In this document: positions 6,508-14,290 of the stretch, piece after piece | How positions within the stretch are numbered: position 1 is the stretch's first letter | Layout: the number at the start of each line of letters is the position of its first letter | NCBI GenBank assembly: GCA_044340815.1 | Contig: JBIISU010000001.1 | Location: 1-26,347, forward strand | Length of the DNA stretch: 26,347 nucleotides | Source of the DNA: Opitutales bacterium | Lineage (GTDB): Bacteria > Verrucomicrobiota > Verrucomicrobiia > Opitutales > UBA953 | Direction: 5' to 3' | Notes under the pieces: model-generated | The model's database searches: none | Seen by the model: only the letters and a program-made list of their open reading frames with translations | Told to the model about the DNA's origin: nothing | Position numbers and translations under genes: made by a program

Positions 6508-8838
6508 TCAGCGACGCGCCTCCGCGCCGGGGGTTTCGACGTTGAGCCCGAGGCACCGCAGGTAGGCCAACAACGCGACCATTTCGGAGTCGGCGCCGGC
6601 CCGGATGCCTTTCTCGGCGAGGGCCTTCACGATGTCCCTGGACTGCGCGTCGTAGTCGTTCTGGATCGCCGCGGGCGTGCTGGCGTCGGCGCGATAGGGC
6701 ACGCCGAGGGTGCGCAGCGCCGAGATGCGTCCGAACAGCTGGGAGCGGTCCACCTGCTTCTCCTTCAGCCACGGGTAGGAGGGCATGATCGAGTCGGGTT
6801 CCAGTTCGCGCGGGTTCACCAGGTGTCGGTAATGCCAGGCGAGGTCGGGCCGCAGCAGACCTTCGCGGGCCAGGTCCGGACCGGTCCGGCGGGAACCCCA
6901 CTGGAAGGGGCGGTCGTAGATGGACTCGCCGAGACGCGAGTAGCCTTGGCCCGCGCCATAGCGGAGGATGTCCGGCTTCAGGGTGCGGATCATCTGCGAA
7001 TGGCAGTTGTAGCAGCCCTCCCGGACGTAGAGGTCTCGGCCGGCCAGCTCCAAGGGGCGGTAGGGACGCTGGACGCGGCCCTCGAGTAGGCGGGCGTCGC
7101 CGTCGCCCCGGTAGAGGGCGACGGTCGGGACGATCTGCAGCGCGCCGCCGATGGCCACGGCGATGAGCGTGAGCACCGAGAAGGGGAAGGCATGCTGGAG
7201 CAGCTCCTCGTGCCAGCGTTGCCAGGTGTACTGGCGCACCTCGAAGTGGGCCAACGCGGCGAGGGTCAGCGCGATCGTGCCCGTCAGGCCGACCGTCATC
7301 CAGGCACCTTGGCCCAGCAGCCAGAGGCAGGCGCTTGCGATGATGCCGAGCGTGAAGAGCACCGGGGCGTTGACGAAGCCCGCGAACTTCGCCGTCGCCG
7401 GGGTCGCGACGGGTGCTTCCGTCACCTGCGCCGTGCCGTCGGTGGGCTGGCCGGAGCGGATGGTCCGGAAGAGGTTGTAGACCATCAGCAGGTAGCCGAG
7501 GAGGTAGAGCCCGCCGCCGAGGGCGCGGAGGTGATACATCGGCAGGATGTTCTTCAGCGTCTCGATGAAGGTGTTCGCCGGGGCGGAGCCGTCGGCGGTG
7601 AGTTCGTTGAGCGACAGGCCCTGGCCGATGCCGGCCACCCACATCGAGGCCACGTAGAAGAGGATGCCCACCATCCCCACCCAGAAGTGGAGGTTCGCGA
7701 GGCGTTCGCTGTGCAGCCGCGTGCCCCAGAGGCGGGGTACGAGCCAGTAGAACATGCCCGCGGCCATGAAGCCGTTCCAGCCGAGGGTGCCGGCGTGCAC
7801 GTGGCCGATGATCCAGTCGGTGTAGTGTCCGAGGGCGTTGACGGCCTTAATCGAAAGGAGCGGGCCTTCGAAGGTCGCCATGCCGTAGAACGTCACCGCC
7901 GCGGCCATGAACTTCACGACCGGGTCCGTCCGGAGCTTGTCCCAGGCGCCCCGCAGGGTCAGCAGGCCGTTGAGCATGCCGCCCCAGGAGGGCGCCCAGA
8001 GCATCAGGGAGAAGATCATGCCCAGCCCCTGGAGCCAGCCCGGCAGCGCCGTGTTGAGCAGGTGGTGCGGTCCTGCCCAGATGTAGAGGAAGATCAGCGA
8101 CCAGAAGTGGATGATCGACAGGCGGTAGCTGTACACGGGCCGCCCCACGGCCTTGGGGACGAAGTAGTACATGATGCCGAGGATCGGTGTAGTCAGGAAG
8201 AAGGCCACGGCGTTATGGCCGTACCACCACTGGACCAGCGCGTCCTGGACGCCGCCGAAGACCGGATAACTGTGCAGCAGGCTCGTCGGCAGCGACAGGT
8301 GGTTGACCACGTACAGCAGGGTGACGGTGATGATCGTGCCGATGTAGAACCAGACGGCCACGTACAGGCTGCGCTCCCGCCGCCGGGCGAGGGTCGCGAA
8401 GAAGACGACCCCGAAGGCGATCCAGACCAGCGCCAACAGCGCGTCGATAGGCCAGATCAGCTCGGCGTATTCCTTGCTGCGCGAATAGCCGAGCGGCAGC
8501 GTGATCGCGGCGAGCAGGATCACGAGTTGCCAGCCCCAGAAGTGGGCCTGCGCCAAGGACGGGTACGCCAGCCGGGCCTTGAGCAGCCGCTGCGTCGAGT
8601 AGTAGACGCCGGCGAACACCATGTTGCCCACGAACGCGAAGATCGCCGCGTTGGTGTGGAGGGGCCGCAGCCGGCCGAAGGTCGTGTAGGGTAGGCCGAG
8701 GTTCAGGGCCGGGAAGGCCAGCTGCAGGGCGATGACCAGGCCGCAGAGCAGCCCGGCGACGCCCCAGAGCACGGACGCCAAGGTGAAGCGGCGGACGATC
8801 TCGTCGTCGTAGCGGAGGGTGTTGGTGGCGTCGTTCAT
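6508..8838 (-). CDS. ccoNO: Fused cbb3-type cytochrome c oxidase subunits I+II (CcoN-CcoO), 776 aa
   Basis: CcoN motifs RLRPLHTN, WWYGHNAV, WAGPHH, GHVH; CcoO motifs EGCYNCHSQMIR, WGSRRTGPDLAR, SIMPSYPW in one frame with no stop. Start set at MNDATN (8838, ATGA overlap with ccoS) rather than the ORF-track 9162. Confidence 0.95.
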   Translation of the reverse strand: MNDATNTLRYDDEIVRRFTLASVLWGVAGLLCGLVIALQLAFPALNLGLPYTTFGRLRPLHTNAAIFAFVGNMVFAGVYYSTQRLLKARLAYPSLAQAHFWGWQLVILLAAITLPLGYSRSKEYAELIWPIDALLALVWIAFGVVFFATLARRRERSLYVAVWFYIGTIITVTLLYVVNHLSLPTSLLHSYPVFGGVQDALVQWWYGHNAVAFFLTTPILGIMYYFVPKAVGRPVYSYRLSIIHFWSLIFLYIWAGPHHLLNTALPGWLQGLGMIFSLMLWAPSWGGMLNGLLTLRGAWDKLRTDPVVKFMAAAVTFYGMATFEGPLLSIKAVNALGHYTDWIIGHVHAGTLGWNGFMAAGMFYWLVPRLWGTRLHSERLANLHFWVGMVGILFYVASMWVAGIGQGLSLNELTADGSAPANTFIETLKNILPMYHLRALGGGLYLLGYLLMVYNLFRTIRSGQPTDGTAQVTEAPVATPATAKFAGFVNAPVLFTLGIIASACLWLLGQGAWMTVGLTGTIALTLAALAHFEVRQYTWQRWHEELLQHAFPFSVLTLIAVAIGGALQIVPTVALYRGDGDARLLEGRVQRPYRPLELAGRDLYVREGCYNCHSQMIRTLKPDILRYGAGQGYSRLGESIYDRPFQWGSRRTGPDLAREGLLRPDLAWHYRHLVNPRELEPDSIMPSYPWLKEKQVDRSQLFGRISALRTLGVPYRADASTPAAIQNDYDAQSRDIVKALAEKGIRAGADSEMVALLAYLRCLGLNVETPGAEARR

Positions 8839-9008
8839 GGCGTCGGCTCGGTAGGGGAGGGGTGGGCGGGGGCCTCTTCGTCCAGCGGGCGAAGGGATTC
8901 GCGCTCGAGCCCATCCTCGCCGCGGTTGCGCTGGTCCCAGAGGAAGGCGAGCGATGCGCCGAGGGCCAGGAGCACGGAGAAGAAGACGGTGAGGGCGAGG
9001 GCTTCCAC
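8835..9008 (-). CDS. ccoS: cbb3 maturation protein CcoS/FixS, 57 aa
   Basis: From GTG 9008: MEALALTVFFSVLLALGASLAFLWDQRNRGEDGLERESLRPLDEE... One N-terminal TM helix and an acidic LRPLDE tail. The upstream in-frame starts lie inside the predicted promoter. Confidence 0.75.
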   Translation of the reverse strand: MEALALTVFFSVLLALGASLAFLWDQRNRGEDGLERESLRPLDEEAPAHPSPTEPTP

Positions 9009-9028
9009 GAAGAGGCGGTGACGCCATG

Positions 9029-9056
9029 AGATTACCATCCGGCCAGACGCATTCAA
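9029..9056 (-). promoter_or_regulatory. Putative sigma70-type promoter of the cco operon
   Basis: TTGAAT (9056-9051), N16, TAATCT (9034-9029) with an extended-10 TGn; 20 nt upstream of the ccoS GTG. Confidence 0.65.
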
Positions 9057-9271
9057 AGCCGAACCCTCCGGCCCGCGCGCGACTGACCTTCCACGGGCGC
9101 CGCGGCGGCGCGCGTCGCGGCCGCTGCGGGGAAACGCTTAAGGTAGGCATTAGCCGACGCAATCGCCGCGCGGAGCCTTCGCCGCAAGGCGGCGACCTAT
9201 CTTGCTAAGTTGACCGAAAAATGCGGCACGGGGCGATTGCGGGGCTCGCTTCTCGGCGGAATTAGCCCGGC

Positions 9272-9874
9272 TTAAACCTCGCGGCCGTCGTCCTCGACCA
9301 CCTGGGTCCGGGTCCAGAGGTCATGCCAGGCGCGGCGATCCTTGCGGAAGAGCGGGACGTGCGCGTTGACGATGCCGAGCAGGGTGAACAGCGGGTTCGG
9401 TAGGCAGAGGAAGGCGGCTTTCCAGGCCGAGCGCAGCAGGGCCGGCAGGAAGCCCGGGGCTTCGCCCGTGGTGACGTCGAGGGAGCGCAGGTGGAAGATC
9501 CGCTTGCCGAGGGTGCGGCCGCGTCCGAACCATTCCTGCGCCGTCAAGGCCGCGGCGACGACGCAGAACGAGACGGTGCCGAGGAAGCCGAGCCAGGTCG
9601 CGTATGCCTCGAGGGTGGGCGCGGGCGGATGCAGGGCGAGGTTCCAGAGCGCCTCCGTGGAGCCGGTGCGCTGCGACTGCAGGGAGAGCGCCTGCAGCTG
9701 GTCGTAGAAGGCGGCGACCCGGTCGCGGGCCGCCAGTTCGTCCGGTCCGGCGAGGCGTTGGGCCAGCCACCAGCTCAGGCCGAGCAAGGGCAGGGCATCG
9801 GCGAGGGCGGCCAGGCTGCGGCGCCAGAGTCCCGCCGGCACGGGCGGGAGCGGGGGTGGCGAGGCTTCAGCCAC
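9272..9874 (-). CDS. RDD family membrane protein, 200 aa
   Basis: [10 protein letters not shown] (R..D), [12 protein letters not shown], and [14 protein letters not shown], typical RDD motifs; overlaps the folD stop by 8 nt. Confidence 0.88.
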   Translation of the reverse strand: MAEASPPPLPPVPAGLWRRSLAALADALPLLGLSWWLAQRLAGPDELAARDRVAAFYDQLQALSLQSQRTGSTEALWNLALHPPAPTLEAYATWLGFLGTVSFCVVAAALTAQEWFGRGRTLGKRIFHLRSLDVTTGEAPGFLPALLRSAWKAAFLCLPNPLFTLLGIVNAHVPLFRKDRRAWHDLWTRTQVVEDDGREV

Positions 9875-10733
9875 GCTGGCGGACGCAGGCGTCGAGGGTG
9901 TTCTTCATCAGCATGGCCACCGTCATCGGGCCCACCCCGCCGGGGACCGGCGTGATGGCCTCGCAGGTCGGCGCCACCGCGTCGAAATCGACGTCGCCCA
10001 CGATGCGGTAGCCGGTCTTCTTGGAGGCATCCGGCACGCGGTTGATGCCCACGTCGATGACCACGGCGCCGGGCTTGACCATGTCGGCCGTGATGAAGCG
10101 GGGTTTGCCGATCGCGGCGACCACGATGTCGGCCTGACGGACGATGGCCGCCAGGTCCTTGGTGCGCGAGTGCGCGACGGTCACGGTGCAGTCGCAGCCC
10201 TTGGCGAGGAGCAGGGCGGCCGCGGGCTTGCCGACGATGAGGGAGCGGCCGACGACCACGGCGTGCTTGCCGGCGGTCTCGACGCCGGAGCGGCGGAGCA
10301 GTTCGATCACGCCGGCGGGCGTGCAGGCCGCGAAGGCGCCGGGTAGTTCCTGCACGAGGCGGCCGATGCTCTGGGTGCCGAAGCCGTCGACGTCCTTGTC
10401 GGGCGACACGCGGTTGAAGACCTCGGTCTCGGGCAGGTGCTTCGGGAGCGGGGCCTGGATCAGGATGCCGTGGACGGAGGCGTCCGCGTTGAGCGCGTCG
10501 AGGTGGCGGAAGAGTTCCTCCTTGGTGACGGTCTCGGGGAAGAGCTGGAGGCTGGCCTTCATGCCGACCTCGGCCGCGGTCTTCTGCTTCTTGGTGACGT
10601 AGGAGACCGAGGCGGGGTCGTCGCCGACGCGGACGAAGGCGACGTGGGGGACGACCGGGGCGAGCTGGGCGACGCGGGCCTTGACTTCGGCAAGGACCTG
10701 CTGGGCGATGGCGTTACCGTCGATGAGGCGCAT
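9867..10733 (-). CDS. folD: Bifunctional methylenetetrahydrofolate dehydrogenase/cyclohydrolase, 288 aa
   Basis: [50 protein letters not shown]. Confidence 0.97.
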   Translation of the reverse strand: MRLIDGNAIAQQVLAEVKARVAQLAPVVPHVAFVRVGDDPASVSYVTKKQKTAAEVGMKASLQLFPETVTKEELFRHLDALNADASVHGILIQAPLPKHLPETEVFNRVSPDKDVDGFGTQSIGRLVQELPGAFAACTPAGVIELLRRSGVETAGKHAVVVGRSLIVGKPAAALLLAKGCDCTVTVAHSRTKDLAAIVRQADIVVAAIGKPRFITADMVKPGAVVIDVGINRVPDASKKTGYRIVGDVDFDAVAPTCEAITPVPGGVGPMTVAMLMKNTLDACVRQRG

Positions 10734-10855
10734 GGACCTAGTAGGACGAACCCGGCCCCGAGGGCGAGAAAAAGTCCGTCCGCCGGTCGCCGCGTGATTG
10801 TCTCGCCCTGCGGGCGGAAAGCCCCCAAGGGTAGGGCGTGCCCGACGAAGGACCC

Positions 10856-11560
10856 ATGCGCATCCACAAGTTCCTCGCCCAGGCGGGGGTCTGCTCCCGT
10901 CGGGAGGCGGAGCGCCTGGTCGCGGGCGGGGAGGTGTTCATCAACGGCAAGGTCGCCGGCACCGGCCAGCCGGTCGACCCCGCCGTCGATGTCGTCACTT
11001 GCCGCGGCCAGCACATCAAGCCCCTGGCGCGGACCGTGGTGCTCATGATGAACAAGCCCCGCGGCTTCCTCTGCACCAACGACGATTCCCATGGGGGCCA
11101 GACGGTCTTCGACATGGTTCCGCCGGAATACCGTCCGCTGCGCCTCTTCTGCGTGGGTCGCCTCGACAAGGATTCGGAAGGGCTGCTCCTGCTCACGAAC
11201 GATGGCGCGCTCGCGAACAAGGTGATGCACCCGTCCGGCGGCATCATCAAGCGCTACGAGATCACCTTGAACCGCGACTACGACCCGACGCTGACGCCCC
11301 GGCTGCTCAAGGGCGCGGTGGAGGAGGGCGAGATGCTGCGCTTCAAGAAGGTCATCCGCCATCCGGAGGACCCGACCCGCCTGGAGATCCACCTCGACCA
11401 AGGCCGCAAGCGGGAGATCCGCCGCCTGCTCGAGATCTTCGGTTTCCACGTGAAGGTGCTGCGCCGCTTCCAGATCGGCGGGCTGGTCCTGCGGAAGATG
11501 CCCTTGGGCGATTGCCGCCCCCTCAGCCGCAAGGAAATCGACGAGATTTTCGGGGCTTAA
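10856..11560 (+). CDS. rRNA pseudouridine synthase, RsuA/RluB/E/F family, 234 aa
   Basis: S4 domain [24 protein letters not shown], catalytic [19 protein letters not shown]. An alternative GTG start at 10838 is possible. Confidence 0.93.
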   Translation: MRIHKFLAQAGVCSRREAERLVAGGEVFINGKVAGTGQPVDPAVDVVTCRGQHIKPLARTVVLMMNKPRGFLCTNDDSHGGQTVFDMVPPEYRPLRLFCVGRLDKDSEGLLLLTNDGALANKVMHPSGGIIKRYEITLNRDYDPTLTPRLLKGAVEEGEMLRFKKVIRHPEDPTRLEIHLDQGRKREIRRLLEIFGFHVKVLRRFQIGGLVLRKMPLGDCRPLSRKEIDEIFGA

Positions 11561-11625
11561 GGCGGGTAGGGCGGTCTCATCCCGCTTGCCAGCGTTGGGA
11601 AATACCCTCGAATAGGGGCTTCCCC

Positions 11626-12315
11626 ATGCGTCGCTTCCTGCCCCTGCTCGCCGTCCTGCCGCTCTTCCTCGGGGCCGCCCCGAACTCCCAGATGAAGCTC
11701 GTCTGGTCGGATGAGTTCAACACCCCCGAACTCGACGCGACCAAGTGGAACGTCCACAACTCCGTCACGATCAAGGACGGCAAGGCCAACCTCAACCTGA
11801 CGCCGGGGAAGGAAGCCGGCATCTGGGGCAGCAGCACCCTGAATTCTGCGCGCAAGTTCAGCCAAGTCGGCGGGTACTTCGAGGCTTCCGTCCGGATGCT
11901 GCAGACCAAGGGCCGCACCGGCCGCTTCGAGGTGCGCAACACGAGCCTCGATGAGCCGCCGTCCGCCCGCCTCTTCTTCGACGGCTGGGGCGAGGACCGC
12001 ATCATTCCGGCCGCGCAGGTCGCCGACAATACCGGGCTGCGGATGCTCAAACCGATCAAGCACGGCATCGAGTTCGACGCCGGCGCCTCCTACAAGAAGT
12101 TCCACACCTACGGCGTGCTCTGGACCCCCAAGTACTTCGAGTGGTACGTCGACGGCAAGAAGGTCCATCGGCTCGAGCAGAAGGTGACCCCGACCACCCC
12201 GATGTACGTCGAGTTCTGCCACCACACCGCCGAAGGCGGCAAGGTGAAGGATTTCATGGACCCGACCAACGGCCCCGAGCCTCTGCAGGTCGACTGGGTC
12301 AAGGTCTGGAAGTGA
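11626..12315 (+). CDS. Secreted GH16 (ConA-like jelly-roll) family protein 1, catalytic motif degenerate, 229 aa
   Basis: Signal peptide; GH16 landmarks LVWSDEFN..LD..KW, GYFEAS, FHTYGVLWTP..EWYVDGK, PMY, VDWVKVW. The ExDxxE position reads A-R-L-F-F-D. Confidence 0.85.
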   Translation: MRRFLPLLAVLPLFLGAAPNSQMKLVWSDEFNTPELDATKWNVHNSVTIKDGKANLNLTPGKEAGIWGSSTLNSARKFSQVGGYFEASVRMLQTKGRTGRFEVRNTSLDEPPSARLFFDGWGEDRIIPAAQVADNTGLRMLKPIKHGIEFDAGASYKKFHTYGVLWTPKYFEWYVDGKKVHRLEQKVTPTTPMYVEFCHHTAEGGKVKDFMDPTNGPEPLQVDWVKVWK

Positions 12316-12322
12316 TCCCGCC

Positions 12323-13003
12323 ATGCATCGTCTCCTCTGCGTTCTCCTTCCGCTCGCGGTCGTCGCGGCCGACCCCACCGCCAAGCTCAAGATTGCGTTC
12401 TCCGACGAGTTCGACGGCGCCGCCTTGGACGCCGCCAAGTGGACCTACGAGGGCGGCACCCAGGCCGCCTCGCTGAAGGGCGGCAAGCTCGTGCTGACCC
12501 TCATCGACCGGCCCGACGGCTGGCAGGGTACCGCGATCAGCACGCGGGGTAAGTTCGCCCAGACCTTCGGCTACTTCGAGGCGTCGATCCGTTTCAACGC
12601 CCAGCGCGGACATCATGGCGCCTTCCTGGTGCGCAACAAGCTGACCACCGAGCCGCCGGTCGCCTCGTTGCTTTTCGAGTGCTTCGGCGAGGACCGGGTG
12701 TTGCCGTGGGCCCGGATCGCCGACAACAAGGGGCTCCGCGATCTCAAGCCCGTCAAGACCGACCTGGTGCTCCGGCCCGGCCAGAGCTCCAAGGGCTTCA
12801 ACACCTACGGCTTCGCCTGGACCGAGAAGGCCTATGGATGGTACTTCAACGGCAAGCTGGTCCATAAGCTCGACAAGCCCGAGGTCCAGGAGCCCATGCA
12901 TGTCTATCTGGGCAACTGGGTCGGCGATTCCGAGCGCAAGCTCCTCGTGCCGGGCAAGCTGCCCGATGACGTCGAGGTGGATTGGGTGAAGGTCTGGAAG
13001 TAG
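12323..13003 (+). CDS. Secreted GH16-family protein 2 (paralogue of the preceding gene), catalytic motif degenerate, 226 aa
   Basis: Signal peptide; FSDEFDG..LD..KW, GYFEAS, FNTYGFAWT..WYFNGK, VDWVKVWK. The ExDxxE position reads A-S-L-L-F-E. Confidence 0.85.
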   Translation: MHRLLCVLLPLAVVAADPTAKLKIAFSDEFDGAALDAAKWTYEGGTQAASLKGGKLVLTLIDRPDGWQGTAISTRGKFAQTFGYFEASIRFNAQRGHHGAFLVRNKLTTEPPVASLLFECFGEDRVLPWARIADNKGLRDLKPVKTDLVLRPGQSSKGFNTYGFAWTEKAYGWYFNGKLVHKLDKPEVQEPMHVYLGNWVGDSERKLLVPGKLPDDVEVDWVKVWK

Positions 13004-13067
13004 CCGCCCGGCCAAAAGAGGGTTGCCAACGCCGTGGGGTGCTCATCCTGCGGTCATTCCTCCCGCC

Positions 13068-14210
13068 GTGGCCTACGATAAGAACAACCCTTTCCCCGCC
13101 CGTCTGGTCGACCGCCGTCGCCTGAGCTCGGCCGCCAGCCAGAAGGACACCCAGCATTTCTCGGTATCCCTCGCCGGCAGTGGCCTGACCTACAAGTGCG
13201 GCGATTCCCTCGGGGTCTTCCCGACGAACAACCCCGCGGCCGTCGCGGCCCTGCTGCGGGCCGCCGGCTTCACGGGCGAGGAGGCCGTCACCATCCCCAA
13301 GGATCCCGCGCCGATAGCGCTCCGCGAGGCGTGGGCGAAGCGCGTGGCGCTGAACGGACCGACCTACAAGTTCGTGCAACTCCTCCATGACCGCGCGACC
13401 GCGTCGGAGCAGAAGGACGCCTTGGCCGCCCGCCTCGCCGAGGCCGACCCGGAGAAGAAGAAGGCCTGGCTCGAGCAGCGCGAGTTCATCGACCTCTTCG
13501 AGGAGTTCCCGTCCGCCCGTCCCTCCGCCCAGGAGGTCGTCGAACTCCAGCGCAAGCTGATGCCCCGACTCTACTCGATCTCCTCGGCGCCGTCGCGTTA
13601 CCCCGACGAGATCCACCTGACCGTCGCGGTCGTCCGCTACGAGACCAATGGTCGCGCGCGCGAGGGCGTCTGCTCGAGCTACCTCGCCGACCGCGCCCGG
13701 ATGGAGCAGCCCGACCTCCCGATCTTCGTGGCCGAGTCCCACTTCGGCCTGCCGGCCGACGACAACGTCCCCGTCATCATGGTCGGGCCCGGCACCGGCG
13801 TCGCCCCGTTCCGTAGCTTCGTGATGGATCGCGCCACCCGCGGCGCCAAGGGCCCGAACTGGCTCTTCTTCGGCGACCAGCGCAAGGAGCACGATTTCCT
13901 CTACGCCGACGAGTGGGCGGACTACCTCGCTTCGGGCGCGCTGACGCGCCTCGACACCGCCTTCTCGCGCGACCAGGCCGCCAAGGTCTACGTGCAGGAC
14001 CGCATGCGCGAGAACGCCGCCGAACTCTGGCAGTGGCTCCAGCAGGGCGCCTATTTCTACGTGTGCGGCGACGCCAAGCGCATGGCCAAGGACGTCGACG
14101 CCGCGCTGCACGCCCTCGTGGCCGAGCAGGGCGGGATGACGCCCGAGGCCGCCGTCGAGTGGGTGAAGCAACTGAAGAAGGACGGCCGCTACCAGCGCGA
14201 CGTGTACTGA
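13068..14210 (+). CDS. CysJ/CPR-like FAD- and NADPH-binding oxidoreductase lacking the flavodoxin domain, 380 aa
   Basis: GDSLGVFPTN, PRLYSISS, GVCSSYL, MVGPGTGVAPF, LFFG, FSRDQ..KVYVQD, YVCGDAKRMAKDV, C-terminal RYQRDVY. Start placed at GTG 13068 (TTG 13023 is the alternative). Confidence 0.88.
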   Translation: MAYDKNNPFPARLVDRRRLSSAASQKDTQHFSVSLAGSGLTYKCGDSLGVFPTNNPAAVAALLRAAGFTGEEAVTIPKDPAPIALREAWAKRVALNGPTYKFVQLLHDRATASEQKDALAARLAEADPEKKKAWLEQREFIDLFEEFPSARPSAQEVVELQRKLMPRLYSISSAPSRYPDEIHLTVAVVRYETNGRAREGVCSSYLADRARMEQPDLPIFVAESHFGLPADDNVPVIMVGPGTGVAPFRSFVMDRATRGAKGPNWLFFGDQRKEHDFLYADEWADYLASGALTRLDTAFSRDQAAKVYVQDRMRENAAELWQWLQQGAYFYVCGDAKRMAKDVDAALHALVAEQGGMTPEAAVEWVKQLKKDGRYQRDVY

Positions 14211-14290
14211 GTTCCGGCGGGTGGGGCAGGGGTCCCGGCGGGGTATTAGCCACTTGCCAGAACCCCCTTTTCCTTGCACATAAGCCCCCG

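Noticed and set aside
8839-9162. 108-aa N-terminal extension of CcoN in the ORF track
   Set aside because: Low-complexity Arg/Pro-rich translation overlapping ccoS and the cco promoter; CcoN homology begins at MNDATN (8838).
9200-9240. Possible FNR/FixK box or sigma54 promoter near the cco operon (TTGACCGAAAAATG; CGGCACG-N6-TTGC)
   Set aside because: There is no ATCAA half-site, and the GG-to-GC spacing is wrong for sigma54.
10779-10790. GCGACCGGCGGA upstream of folD (minus strand) resembling the ZTP (pfl) riboswitch core GACUGGCGGA
   Set aside because: The P2 hairpin and the downstream P3 with the CGCC(U)GGGC pseudoknot partner are missing at the required spacing; an Infernal search would be needed to rescue it.
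10798-11625. Apparent 505-aa fusion ORF upstream of GH16-like gene 1
   Set aside because: The N-terminal 276 codons are an off-frame read-through of the pseudouridine synthase gene; a clean signal peptide starts at ATG 11626.
14254-14290. Promoter calls for fabG, GH16 gene 1 (TTGCCA 11586) and the reductase (TTGCCA 13023-N15-CATCCT)
   Set aside because: Plausible -35 hexamers, but the -10 match or spacing is off, so they were not listed as features.
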